The notes: generated from the sequence alone by a model not told the origin. Shown: positions 26,526 to 41,090, counted from the first letter of the stretch. The stretch is DNA of 64,000 nt from Chrysomallon squamiferum (GCA_012295275.1 CM022674.1:15314001-15378000); one strand, 5' to 3'. A program made the numbers and translations.

Positions 26526-26580
<55 letters not shown>
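26050..26580. repeat. Compound (TAG)n/(ATT)n microsatellite cluster
   Basis: Long trinucleotide runs that generate the poly-I/N/T/L ORFs. Confidence 0.9.
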
Positions 26581-27620
26581 TGCCTCTTTCTTTCTTTCTT
26601 TCTTTGAGTAGAACAACAAGAGCAAGTACTACCAGCGCTTTATTTATTTATTTTTTATTTTTGTTTGTGTGCGTGTGTGTTTGCGTGTGTCTGTGTGTGT
26701 GTATGTATGTATTTAACCATTAATGTCTTTAAAACAAGCATTAACAACAAAATGCTGTAACTGGAAAAGTGTACTGACCGAATTCAATCAAGGTACATAA
26801 AGTGATTTTCAGAGAGAAAGAAAACAAAAATAAAACACACACATTATACCTTTAGTTTAGTTGTTTTAGAAAAGCAAAATAATAATGTTTCAAACTGTCT
26901 ACAGTTTATTGTTTAAATGTGATGTATGGCTAAAGTATTATGAGCAGTTTCACGTCTAAACACCACAACACAGACCCTGAAACATCTAAGCATTAGATTC
27001 CAGCATCACCCCAGTATTTAATGTTATATAAATCTGTTATTATTATTAACACTGGGACATTGAACACTCCTGTCCTTATCCTCATAGAATCAGTGAACCC
27101 CAAAGTTTCCTTTAAAACAAACAAACAAAAACTAAATTGGCAAATGTCATTTGTAACAGAATATGTAATTATTAACAAGGTTCAAATAATTATTTATAGA
27201 AAATAATATTTTAATAAATGAACAAAAAAAGTGAGGTAAGTTTCAGTTCTGTTTCGCCGGATGGCTGCATTAATACTAATCAGTGTGTTTATAAAAGGTT
27301 GTGGTTTGTGCTTTTCTGTCTATGGAAAGGTGCACATAAAACTCTTGCTGCTAATCAGCAGCTTAGTCACTTTCAGTGTGTCTCACTAACTTTAAAATTA
27401 TATAAAAACTCAGTTAATACTTATGGATTATTTTTTTTTTTTCCTGAGCGAGACATTAAACAGTTCCTTGTTTTTAATGATAACAATTACAGTAAGTAAA
27501 TAGAACAAAATAAAATAACTGAAAATGAAAGCGTACAGATTGAAAAATAAAATAAGTTTCTGTCTGAAATCTATATCTTCCTTCTTTAATTTCAATACTT
27601 ATAGTAAATAAATTCTACGC

Positions 27621-28547
27621 TTACCGAACAGCAGCCATTACTACAAAGGAATCCCTCTCACCTATTGACTGACTTCTGATCCTCATGTTATCAATATCGA
27701 GAGATTTGAACACCTGGTGGTGATACGATTTGGGATCGGAGACCATCTTCAAAAACAGATTTCTCCGCAGCCGTGCTCTTTGTAGATTGCATCTCTGATT
27801 GTCGAATATCATCTCATTATCGAACTCGGGGAAAACCTCGTCTTCAGAATCACTCAAACTCTCTTCAAGAACTTCCTTCTCAGCTTGTCGGTTGCTGTCG
27901 CGACGGTGTAACAATAGCTCTGACGTCATCTCTACTATGACGTCCCAGGCATAGGTGATCTCTTTCCGCGCAAATGGCGAACCGAATAACAAACTGTTCG
28001 TTGATTAATGTTGGTCTCATGTGTAGCTTACATGACTCACTGATCATGCGCAGTAGCTTCTGAGTTAAAGAGTTGGGCCTCTTGAAAAGAAATATTATTT
28101 TGGTTAATTGCAGATTATTTTAAATGATTTATAGATTTTTTTTCTGACTTATATTTCTTTTCCTCATTATCAATTTTTATTATTTTTTAATTTGTTACCA
28201 TTATTATTTTATTAGTGCTTTTATTATTATTACATATGTTGTATTTACTTTCAGGTAATAAATGAATAAACAAATAAATATCTCATTCTAGCGAACATTA
28301 ATTATAATTTAATCCTGACCTGAAGGCGGAAACAAAACGAGACCCATGATAACTTCTCCGAGTATTTCAAACCGATCATCTTTTTCTACCAGACTTTCAA
28401 ACAGCTTCGCCAGACGAACATGTTGAATAATAATAATTTTAAAATATATATTAAAATCGTGCGAAAATACATGTTTCAAGAAAGCAAAGAACCATTGCTA
28501 AGAAGGTAATCATTTTTTTGAAAGAAAACACATTGTCGGTGTCATAC

Positions 28548-28599
<52 letters not shown>

Positions 28600-29659
28600 T
28601 GAAAAAATCATAGACAGTTAATCTCATTTACATAGAGTAAACGTAGACTCTCAGCCAAACACGGACACAGTGATGATTATTACTGATATTGTGAAGATGA
28701 TCAATGTGGATCTTTAATTCATATTTTAAAGAAGACTTCACAAAAAAATAACACAGATAACAATACATACAAATAAAAGCAAATAACTAAAACAGCCTTG
28801 TGTTATTTGTAACTATATAATATACACCACATTTACTTGTATATATTTAAATATAAATCATATGTATTTGTCAATAATTACTTGATGATCTTTTATTGAA
28901 ATGGATCCTACATTTCCCATTTTATATAGTACTACATAATTTAAAATAATAAACTTATGAAAAGTATAAAAAGGAAAAATAGCCAAGTGGTAAGAATTAT
29001 TTTATTTAAACTCATCTGAGGTTTTACTAAAGATTTAAAGACAAATTTGATATGATTTACCCCATTTGTAAGTTAATTTGTTTTGTTAATGATAATTTTT
29101 GTTATTATTTTTATCATGATTATCATCATTACTATTGTTAATGTTCTTGTTAGTAACATTTATAAAGGCTATTCGTTTAATCAAGAACGAGAACTTTGTT
29201 TTTTCATCAAATCTGACTGTGAGAGTTACCTCCCTTAAACGGTGCTGAAGTCCTTCGACGTCGTAGATTCAATAAAGTTGTGAAAAATATATAAAATAAA
29301 AATAGCCAAGCGGTATGACTTGTTTTATGGAAATAGTTTTATTTAAGATAAAAAGACAAATCTAATATAATATACCCGACTTCTAACTTAATTTGTTTTA
29401 TTAATCATAATTTTTGTTATCATTGCTATTACTATTTCTATCATCATCATCATCATCATCATTATTTGTTACTGCTATTGTTACTAACAATTATACACTC
29501 CGTTCGTTTCCTTTAAGAACGAGAACTTTGCTATTTCTCCAAATATGACTTTGAGACTTACCTCCCTTTTACGACGCTGAAGCCCTTCAACGCCGTAGCT
29601 TCGTAAAAAGAACCAAAATTTCAGAAATCGAAACGCCTGCTCAAAGGTATTTCCCAGTG
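27621..29659 (-). pseudogene. Tdc-like copy 3 (last three exons)
   Basis: Exons 29659-29562 (1-nt deletion), 28422-28320 (acceptor cag>caa, same 1-nt insertion as copy 2) and 28080-27621 (internal deletions). An extra partial exon copy sits at ~29230-29270. Confidence 0.85.
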
Positions 29660-30324
29660 CTCGCAAATGAACAAATTATTAATTAATTAATTTAGCAAGA
29701 ATATTTCAGAAATATTAATTATTTTATTGTTCTATTGACCTTAGTGCCCTGAAAAGAGCAGGTACTATGTTCATATAAAACAGTGAACGAATAACAAGCG
29801 TGGATGAAACAATGAAGAAAGAAATAAATCCACACGACTCTATAACATTTTAAAATTAATGTCAGGCATATTATTTATTAATTATCTTTGCTGTCGTTGT
29901 TGTTGTTATTATTATTATTACTATTATCATTACTTATACATCCTATATTTTCATCAGAAGCTTAACAGATTTAATGTACGCTAACATTAAAAAATTTAAA
30001 GATACTTAAAAATATATATATATAGAGAGAGAGATAGATAGATAGATAGATAGAGAGAGAGACAGATAGATTATTTTACTATTCATTCATTAGTGATGCG
30101 TACTGATCTTGTGTTTGGAGAAACAGCAAACAATTTAATTCAGCTGCGAGGATCTATATTTATTTATTTAATTTAAATCTGGAGCAAAAGCTAAGCCACG
30201 GACATAATGAATAATAAAAATAGCATGCCGTGTGTCTACATATCTGACCGACTTTTGTTCAACTGATAACAGGCCTCTTTATTCAATATCTTTTTTACGT
30301 CATTATATCAGTATTTCAGTATAG

Positions 30325-30381
<57 letters not shown>

Positions 30382-30814
30382 CGTGCGTGCATGGCTGGAA
30401 GGTGGGACCCGTTTGTGATGATTTCGAACCGAGCGCGCACACCCCGGAAGAATGCGTTGCAAAAACAAAGAATGGTTGTCAACAACAAATGAAAGTAGAA
30501 ACTTCTAACAGATCAGGTGAACTGATTTTCTGAAGATATAAGTACGTCAGGACATTTATGTGTTTATTATGCTGACTGATCATATCACACGATAACATCA
30601 TGGTAAGAATAATCTGAAATCATGGTACGTATACATATTATTATTATTATTGTTGTTGTTGTTGTTGTTGCTGCTGTTGTTATTTTACGCCCTCTCCACA
30701 TGAAGGATCTGGCCGCATATCGTTGATCTCAGCACGGGCATGGAGAAATCTGCCTACATTTATGTGAAACTTAATGCTGTTTAGAATGATTATATTGTTG
30801 TGCTTATTATTTTT

Positions 30815-30853
<39 letters not shown>

Positions 30854-32894
30854 CTTCAGAAAATAACGGAAAAGAAATGAAACAGCAAAAAAAGACACTT
30901 TGGTATCAATGTGGATACAGTACAGTAGACATGATTACTGCTATCGTTGTCGTGTTAGGTTGACCTGGGAGTACAGGTTCGAAGTCCATGTAAAGATAAA
31001 CAATAAGAACGTAACATGTTCAGTATTCTGCAAACTCTAATAAGTAGGACTACTATCGCACGTCTGAGCTATTATTATATTTTTTCTTTAGTTATTTATA
31101 CTCACTTTATTTATTCTTTTTTATTTATTATTAGTTGTTCTTTCTTTCTATTATTATTATTACTATTTTTTTTTCTTTTTTAAGCACGAGGGAATCTTAT
31201 TAATTTTTAAATATCGATTGTATATTTTATATTCATAATTTTATTTTCAGTGGATTTAATCATGTAGAAGAAACAGCTGTAATGCTTAGCAGATAGAATT
31301 TTACAAATAGAACTCAAACTGACCTAAGTTTTTATAATTCACTGTTAAAGGTATTTTTTAAAAACGAGCCATATTTATATTTAATGATGAAAATGCCACA
31401 GCTTGTGAAGATTTCAGAGAAAATACTGATTGAATGATAAATATTATTTCAGAACTATGTTTTATTTTGATGAATTTGATGATACTAATGCCTTTGAAAC
31501 AAGTTGATGACGTTACAAAAATGATTTTCCAGAAACTGACAAAGTGCGTAGATATTTAGAACGAAGGTCAGTGTTACAGACTACACTATTTTCTACAACA
31601 TACGAAGGAGCAGATGAAGAGGAAATTTTGAAAACATTGGATAATTAAAAAAACAGGGAATGTCAAGAATTTCTAGGTGTAGAGAAAACGATGGTTTATG
31701 TAGAGGTAGAGGAAAAATAGGTGATTCTACTAAAGCAACACAAGAAACAGATATGGAGAAAAGAGGACCACGTGAAAAGCCTAGCAGAGATAATCTGACA
31801 GACAGTTTTCAGACTGACCAAAGGTTAAAACAAAGAACAGCTTCAAAGACTAGTTTATTCTCGACAGCTACTGCAGAGTCTGGCAGTGATGATCATGACG
31901 GTTCAGAAGTTTATACACCCAAAAAATCCAACAGAAGACGGCGAAAAAATGTCAAACACCAACAACCAGAAAAAGACGAAACAACAGTGACAAAAGAAGG
32001 AATTGTATTCAAAGATAACACAGATGTCAGCAATAGACTTTTAACTGGAAGAACAAAATCACAATCGTCTCTGTTCTTCCTCAACTACTGGAAATTTGGA
32101 TAACCTTAAAGATGACGATAGTGAGGACCAGGAGAAGGAAAATGAAATTATTGACAAAGTGTTCAACATTCTTATTGAAAAATTTAATGGATGTGCAGAG
32201 ATCTCGAATCTGATGAAGGAAAATGGTCTTCCTGTAGAAGCTAAACATGTTTCATGGTTTTATAAACATAAAAAATACTTTTTGATTTTCACAAAGAATA
32301 GCAAAATTAAATTTGTTTCTGTGTTTTCAAGATATGCCAGAATCTGTCATCCTTACAATACTTCTCAGTGTAGAAAAAAATACTGCAGGTTTCTTCACAT
32401 ATGTACACAGTTTGTACTAAGTCAGAGTAAACGCTCCACTGGTCAGTGTCTTTCACATAATTTTTTTTGGCGAGAGAAATAAGAAACGCATTGAGCAAAT
32501 AGGTTTGGGACTTTTGAAAAATAAGGACATCGCCAACGTTGTGAGATGCAGCACCCCTGAATGGTGTGAAGAATATCAGAATGGTATCAAACATGATAAA
32601 TATTGTCCACTCATTTATGTCTGTACAAAAGAGGAGTGCAAAAAGATGTATGGCTTACAACATTACATCAAGTCATCTCATCACAACCAGTGGGTCCTTA
32701 GAATGTTTTACATGAATCACTATAGAGTTAGTATACTTGAACAGATACTTCTTTGAAAATTTAATGAGACATCAACAGAATGAAAGAAGATGTTCATATG
32801 ACTGCAAACCTTCGGATGAGAGCACAACACCAAAGAAAGGAATCAGGGTTATAGACAGGATCACACCCGTATCTTCTGTAAAAACGAGCCTGTC

Positions 32895-35800
32895 ACTTTC
32901 ACAGCAGAAACAACTTGATATGAAGGTGAACGCTGAACCACCTCGAATTTCACAACAGAAACAACTTGATATGAAACTAAAAGCAGATACACCTCAAATT
33001 TCACAGCAGAAACAATTTAATATGAAAGTCAAAGAATATCCAGTACAAGATTCACACCAGAAACAACTTGATGTGAAATTAAAAGCAGATCCAGTACAAG
33101 ATTCACTGGAGAAACAAGTTAATGTAAAAGTGGAAGCAGATCCAGGTCAGGTTTTACAGCAAAAACAACAGGATATAAAAGTAAAAGCAGATCCAGTACA
33201 AGTTTCACAGCAAAAACAAGGTAATGTAAAATTGGAAGAAGACTCAGCCCAGATTTCGCAGCAGAAACAACAAGATGTAAAAGTAAAAGCAGATGCAGTA
33301 GAAGCTTCACAACAGAAACAACTGGATGTAAAAATCAAAGCAGACCCAGTAAACATTTCGCAGCAGAGACAAATTGATTTGAAAGTGGAAGCAGATCTAG
33401 GAGAGAGTTTCACAGCACAAATAACACGATATAAAAGTCAAACCAGATCCAGTACAAGTTTCACAGCAGAAACAATTTAATGAGAAAGTAAAAGAAGATC
33501 CTGTACAAGTTTCGCAGCAGAAACAACTTGATGCGAAAGCGGAGGCAGATCCAGTACAAGTTTATCAGCAGAAACAACTCGATGTGAAAGTGGAAGCAAA
33601 AGCAGTGCAGATTTCACAGCGAAAACAACACGATGTAAAAGTCAAAGCAGATCCAGTACAAGTTTCACAGCAGAAACAACTTGATCCGAAAGTGGAGGCA
33701 GATCCAGTACAAGTTTCACAGCATAAACAACTTGATCCGAAAGTGGAGGCAGATCCAGTACAAGTTTCACAGCAGAAACAACTTGATGTGAAAGTGGAAG
33801 CAGATCCAGTACACGCTTCACAGCAGACACAACTTGATGCGAAAGTAGAGGCAGATCCAGTACAAGATTCACAGCAGACACAACTCCATGTGAAAGTCGA
33901 GGCAGATCCAGTACACTTCACAGCAGAAACAACTTAATTTAAAAATAGAAGCAGATCCAGTACAGGAGTTGCACCAGAAACAACTTGATGTGAAAGTAAA
34001 ACCAGATCCAGTACAAGCTTCACAGCAGAAACAACTTAATGTGAAAGTAAAAGCAGATCCAGTACAAGCTTCACAGCAGAAACAACTTAATTTAAAAAAA
34101 GAAGCAGATCCAGTACAAGCTTCACAGCAGAAACAACTTAATGTGAAAGTAAAAGCAGATCCAGTACAAGCTTCACAGCAGAAACAACTTAATTTAAAAA
34201 AAGAAGCAGATCCAGTACAAGCTTCACAGCAGAAACAACTTAATGTGAAAGTAAAAGCAGATCCAGTACAAGCTTCACAGCAGAAACAACTTAATGTGAA
34301 AGTGAAAGCAGATCCAGTAGAAGTTTCACAACAGACACAATTTGATATGGAAATGGAAGCGGATCCATTACAAGTTTCAAAGAATAAACAATTTGAAATG
34401 AACGTGAAGTCAGATTCACCTCAAATTTCACAGAACAAACAACTTGATGTAAAAATCAAAGGAGACCCAGTACAGATTTCGCAGCAGAAACAACTCGATG
34501 TGAAAGTGAAACCAAATCCAGCACAGGTTTCACAGCAGAAACAACAAGATGTAAAAGTAAAAGCAGATCCAGTACAAGTTTCAGAGCACAAACAAGGTAA
34601 TGCAAAATTGGAAGCAGACCCAGTGCAGGTTTCCCAGCAGAAACAAAAAGATGTAAAAGTAAAAGTAGATGAAGTAGAAGTTTCACAGCAGAAACAGCTT
34701 GATGTGAAAGTGGAAGCAGACCTATTACAGGTTTCGCAGCACAAACAAGTTGGTGTGAAAGTAAAAGCAGATCCAGTACAAGTTTCACAGCAGAAACAGC
34801 TTGATGTGAAAGTGGAAGCAGACCTATTACAGGTTTCGCAGAAGAAACAACACGGTGTAAAAGTCAAAGAAGATCCATTACAAGCTTCACAGCAGAAACA
34901 ACAAGATTTCAAAGTAAAAGCAGACCCAGTACAAGCTTCACAGCAGAAACAACTTGATGTGAAAGTAAACGCATATGAAGTACAAGCTTCAAAGCAAAAA
35001 CAACTTGATTTAAAAGTGAAAGCAGATCCACCTCAAATTCTAAAACAGAAACAAGTTAAGGTGAAAATAAAAGCAAACCCACGTCAAATACCACAGCAGA
35101 AACAATTTGAGGTAAAAATGAAAGCGGATCCAGTACAAGTTTCAAAGAAGAAACAATTTGATGTGAAAATGAATGCGGATCAAGTACGAGTTTCAAAGAA
35201 GAAACAATTTGTAATGAAATCAGATCGACCTCAAATTTCACAGAACAAACAACTTGATGTAAAAATCAAAGCAGACCCAGTACACATTTCGCAGCAGAGA
35301 CAAATTGATGTGAAAGTGGAAGCAGATCCAGTACAGGTTTCACAGCAGAAACAACACGGTGTAAAAGTCAAAGCAGATCCAGTACAAGTTTCACAGCAGA
35401 AACAACTTAATGTGAAACTAAAAGTAGATTCAGTACACGTTTCGCAGCAGAAACAACTTGATGCGAAAGTGGAGGCAGATCCAGTACAAGTTTCACAGCA
35501 GAAACAATTTAATGTGAAACTAAAAGTAGATTCAGTACACGCTTCACAGCAGAAACAACTTGATGCGAAAGTGCAGGCAGATCCAGTACACGTTTCGCAG
35601 CAGAAACAACTTGATGCGAAAGTGGAGGCAGATCCAGTACACGCTTCACAGCAGACACAACTTGATGCGAAAGTTGAGACAAATCCAGTGCACGCTTCAC
35701 AGCAGACACAACTTGATGTGAAAGTGGAGGCAGATCCAGTACACATTTCACAGCAGAATCCACTTAATTTAAAAATAGAAGTAGATCCAGTATAGGAGTT

Positions 35801-38800
35801 GCACAAAAACAACTTGATGTGATTGTGAAAGCAGATCCAGTACAAGTTTCACAGCAGAAACAACATAATGTAAAAGTAAAAGCAGACCCAGTACAAGCTT
35901 CACAGCAGAAACAACTTGATGTGAAAGTGAAACCAGATCCAGTGCAGATTTCACAGCAGAAACAACTTGATGTGAAAGTGAAACCAGATCCAGTGCAGAT
36001 TTCACAGCAGAAACAACTCGATGTGAAAGTGGAAGAAGAACCAGTGCAGATTTCAGAGCAGAAACAACACGGTGTAAAAGTCAAAGCAGATCCACCTCAA
36101 ATTCTAAAACAGAAACAAGTTAAGGTGAAAATAAAAGCAAACCCACGTCAAATACCACAGCAGAAACAATTTGAGGTAAAAATGAAAGCGGATCCAGTAC
36201 AAGTTTCAAAGAAGAAACAATTTGATGTGAAAATGAATGCGGATCAAGTACGAGTTTCAAAGAAGAAACAATTTGTAATGAAATCAGATCGACCTCAAAT
36301 TTCACAGAACAAACAACTTGATGTAAAAATCAAAGCAGACCCAGTACACATTTCGCAGCAGAGACAAATTGATGTGAAAGTGGAAGCAGATCCAGTACAG
36401 GTTTCACAGCAGAAACAACACGGTGTAAAAGTCAAAGCAGATCCAGTACAAGTTTCACAGCAGAAACAACTTAATGTGAAACTAAAAGTAGATTCAGTAC
36501 ACGTTTCGCAGCAGAAACAACTTGATGCGAAAGTGGAGGCAGATCCAGTACAAGTTTCACAGCAGAAACAATTTAATGTGAAACTAAAAGTAGATTCAGT
36601 ACACGCTTCACAGCAGAAACAACTTGATGCGAAAGTGCAGGCAGATCCAGTACACGTTTCGCAGCAGAAACAACTTGATGCGAAAGTGGAGGCAGATCCA
36701 GTACACGCTTCACAGCAGACACAACTTGATGCGAAAGTTGAGACAAATCCAGTGCACGCTTCACAGCAGACACAACTTGATGTGAAAGTGGAGGCAGATC
36801 CAGTACACATTTCACAGCAGAATCCACTTAATTTAAAAAAATAGAAGTAGATCCAGTATAGGAGTTTCACCAAAAACAACTTGATGTGATTGTGAAAGCA
36901 GATCCAGTACAAGTTTCACAGCAGAAACAACATAATGTAAAAGTAAAAGCAGACCCAGTACAAGCTTCACAGCAGAAACAACTTGATGTGAAAGTGAAAC
37001 CAGATCCAGTGCAGATTTCACAGCAGAAACAACTTGATGTGAAAGTGAAACCAGATCCAGTGCAGATTTCACAGCAGAAACAACTCGATGTGAAAGTGGA
37101 AGAAGAACCAGTGCAGATTTCAGAGCAGAAACAACACGGTGTAAAAGTCAAAGCAGATCCACCTCAAATTCTAAAACAGAAACAAGTTAAGGTGAAAATA
37201 AAAGCAAACCCACGTCAAATACCACAGCAGAAACAATTTGAGGTAAAAAATGAAAGCGGATCCAGTACAAGTTTCAAAGAAGAAACAATTTGATGTGAAA
37301 ATGAATGCGGATCAAGTACGAGTTTCAAAGAAGAAACAATTTGTAATGAAATCAGATCGACCTCAAATTTCACAGAACAAACAACTTGATGTAAAAATCA
37401 AAGCAGACCCAGTACACATTTCGCAGCAGAGACAAATTGATGTGAAAGTGGAAGCAGATCCAGTACAGGTTTCACAGCAGAAACAACACGGTGTAAAAAG
37501 TCAAAAAGCAGATCCAGTACAAGTTTCACAGCAGAAACAACTTAATGTGAAACTAAAAGTAGATTCAGTACACGTTTCGCAGCAGAAACAACTTGATGCG
37601 AAAGTGGAGGCAGATCCAGTACAAGTTTCACAGCAGAAACAATTTAATGTGAAACTAAAAGTAGATTCAGTACACGCTTCACAGCAGAAACAACTTGATG
37701 CGAAAGTGCAGGCAGATCCAGTACACGTTTCGCAGCAGAAACAACTTGATGCGAAAGTGGAGGCAGATCCAGTACACGCTTCACAGCAGACACAACTTGA
37801 TGCGAAAGTTGAGACAAATCCAGTGCACGCTTCACAGCAGACACAACTTGATGTGAAAGTGGAGGCAGATCCAGTACACATTTCACAGCAGAATCCACTT
37901 AATTTAAAAATAGAAGTAGATCCAGTATAGGAGTTTCACCAAAAACAACTTGATGTGATTGTGAAAGCAGATCCAGTACAAGTTTCACAGCAGAAACAAC
38001 ATAATGTAAAAGTAAAAGCAGACCCAGTACAAGCTTCACAGCAGAAACAACTTGATGTGAAAGTGAAACCAGATCCAGTGCAGATTTCACAGCAGAAACA
38101 ACTTGATGTGAAAGTGAAACCAGATCCAGTGCAGATTTCACAGCAGAAACAACTCGATGTGAAAGTGGAAGAAGAACCAGTGCAGATTTCAGAGCAGAAA
38201 CAACACGGTGTAAAAGTCAAAGCAGATCCACCTCAAATTCTAAAACAGAAACAAGTTAAGGTGAAAATAAAAGCAAACCCACGTCAAATACCACAGCAGA
38301 AACAATTTGAGGTAAAAATGAAAGCGGATCCAGTACAAGTTTCAAAGAAGAAACAATTTGATGTGAAAATGAATGCGGATCAAGTACGAGTTTCAAAGAA
38401 GAAACAATTTGTAATGAAATCAGATCGACCTCAAATTTCACAGAACAAACAACTTGATGTAAAAATCAAAGCAGACCCAGTACACATTTCGCAGCAGAGA
38501 CAAATTGATGTGAAAGTGGAAGCAGATCCAGTACAGGTTTCACAGCAGAAACAACACGGTGTAAAAGTCAAAGCAGATCCAGTACAAGTTTCACAGCAGA
38601 AACAACTTAATGTGAAACTAAAAGTAGATTCAGTACACGTTTCGCAGCAGAAACAACTTGATGCGAAAGTGGAGGCAGATCCAGTACAAGTTTCACAGCA
38701 GAAACAATTTAATGTGAAACTAAAAGTAGATTCAGTACACGCTTCACAGCAGAAACAACTTGATGCGAAAGTGCAGGCAGATCCAGTACACGTTTCGCAG

Positions 38801-39985
38801 CAGAAACAACTTGATGCGAAAGTGGAGGCAGATCCAGTACACGCTTCACAGCAGACACAACTTGATGCGAAAGTTGAGACAAATCCAGTGCACGCTTCAC
38901 AGCAGACACAACTTGATGTGAAAGTGGAGGCAGATCCAGTGCACGCTTCACAGCAGAAAGAACTTGATGTGAAAGTGGAGGCAGATCCAGTACACTCTTC
39001 ACAGCAGAAAGAACTTGATGCGAAACTCGAGGCAGATCCAGTACACGCTTCACAGCAGACACAACTTGATGCGAAACTCGAGGCAGATCCAGTGCACGCT
39101 TCACAGCAGACACAACTCGAGGTGAAAGTGGAGGCAGATCCAGTACTCGCTTCACAGCAGAATCAACTTAATTTAAAAATAGAAGCAGATGCAGTACAGG
39201 AGTTGCACCAGAAACAACTTGATGTGAAAGTAAAAGCAGATCCAGTACAAGCTTCACAGCAGAAACAACATAATGTAAAAGTAAAAGCAGATCCAGTACA
39301 AGTTTCACAACAGACACATCTTGATGTGATAATGGAAGCAGATCCAGTACAAGTTTCAAAGAAGAAACAATTTGAAATGAAAGTGAAATCAGATCCACCT
39401 CAAATTTCACAGAACAAACAACTTGGTGTGAAAATCAAAGCAGACCCAGTACAGATTTCGCAGCAGAGACAAATTTATGTGAAAGTGGAAGCAGATCCAG
39501 TACAAATTTCACAGCACACACATATTAATCCGAAAGTAAAAGAAGATCCAGTACAGGTTTCACAGCAGAAACAACTTGGTGTCAAAGTAAAAGCAGATCC
39601 AGAACAAGTTTCACAGCAAAAACAACTTGATCGGAAAGTAAGAGCACATCTAGTAAAAGCTTCACAGCAGAAACAACTTCATGTGAAAGCGAAAGCAGAT
39701 CCAGTACAAGTCTCACACCAGAAACAATTTGTTGTGAAAGTGAAAGCAGATCTAATACAAGTTTCACAACAGAAACAACTTAATGTGAAAGCGAAAGCAG
39801 ATCCAGTACAAGTTTCACAGCAGAAACAAATTAATGTGAAAGTGAAAACAGATCCAGTACAGGTTTCGCACCATAAACAATTTGATGTGAAAATGAAAGT
39901 AGATCCAATACAAGTTTCACAGCAGAAACGACTTGATGTGAAAACTAAACCCGATCCAGCAAAAAGCTCACAACAGAAACAGGTT
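32895..39985 (+). repeat. ~7.1 kb coding minisatellite, 51-bp unit (ADPVQVSQQKQLDVKVK), with a ~1.07 kb higher-order repeat
   Basis: 17-aa periodicity in ORFs of up to 687 aa; the landmark gcagatccacctcaaattctaaaacag recurs at 35022, 36086, 37153 and 38222. Confidence 0.97.
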
Positions 39986-40343
39986 GAACGCTTGAACTGC
40001 AGTATACGCTTGAACTGAAGTATTTGGCTGGGCAACCGTTTTATAGTTTTGAAACAAACCAGTTTCAGTATGAAATCAATTTTAGCCAGATGACCCAAAC
40101 AAATCTGAAAACATTCAAACAAAGACGACTTCTGATTTTGTTTCCATTGATGACGTGCAGAGACAAAAAATATTGTAAGTAGAAAAATAGTGTATAATAA
40201 CAATAATTTTGGATTAAAATATTTAGTACCTCATGTTCTCTGATTTTAGTTTCTTTCTAAAATATTTAATATCTTTATGTCATATCTCATTATCCTATTT
40301 CATTATTTCTACAAAACATTATTTTTGCTGTCAGTATCATTTT

Positions 40344-40558
<215 letters not shown>

Positions 40559-41044
40559 TTTATTCATTTATTTATTTTTTATTATTTAACAAAATCCAGA
40601 TCCCACCCATGTCTTTTTTCCAAGAAGCCTGCATGTTCTGCAACTCTCCCAGACAACTGGTGGCCTGTAGACTGTTACCAGCCAGTAGAAATGGTGAAAC
40701 TAAACTTTGATGACTTGACCAAAGATAAGGAGATGAAAACTGTGATGAAAATGTTTTTCTCTACCATGAATAAATCGGAAGTAATATTGAAATATTTATT
40801 TCGCATCCAAAATCTACCAATGTGGAAAAAATACTCTAGGTAGGAATGCCTATTTTATAATAATCTGTACATTTAGGTAATACAAAAAAAACAAAAAAAA
40901 AACACAATAAAACCCCAAACAAACAAACACATCCTAAATATATTCTGCATACTTATTTATTTAATTATTTATTTATTTGTTATTGGTATTGTTTTCGGTA
41001 TCTTTTATCTTAACATTATTATTATTAGTAGTAGTAGTAGTAGC

Positions 41045-41090
<46 letters not shown>

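Noticed and set aside
32895-39985. CRISPR-like or phage-type repeat array
   Set aside because: Contiguous 51-bp units with no unique spacers, inside a spliced eukaryotic gene.
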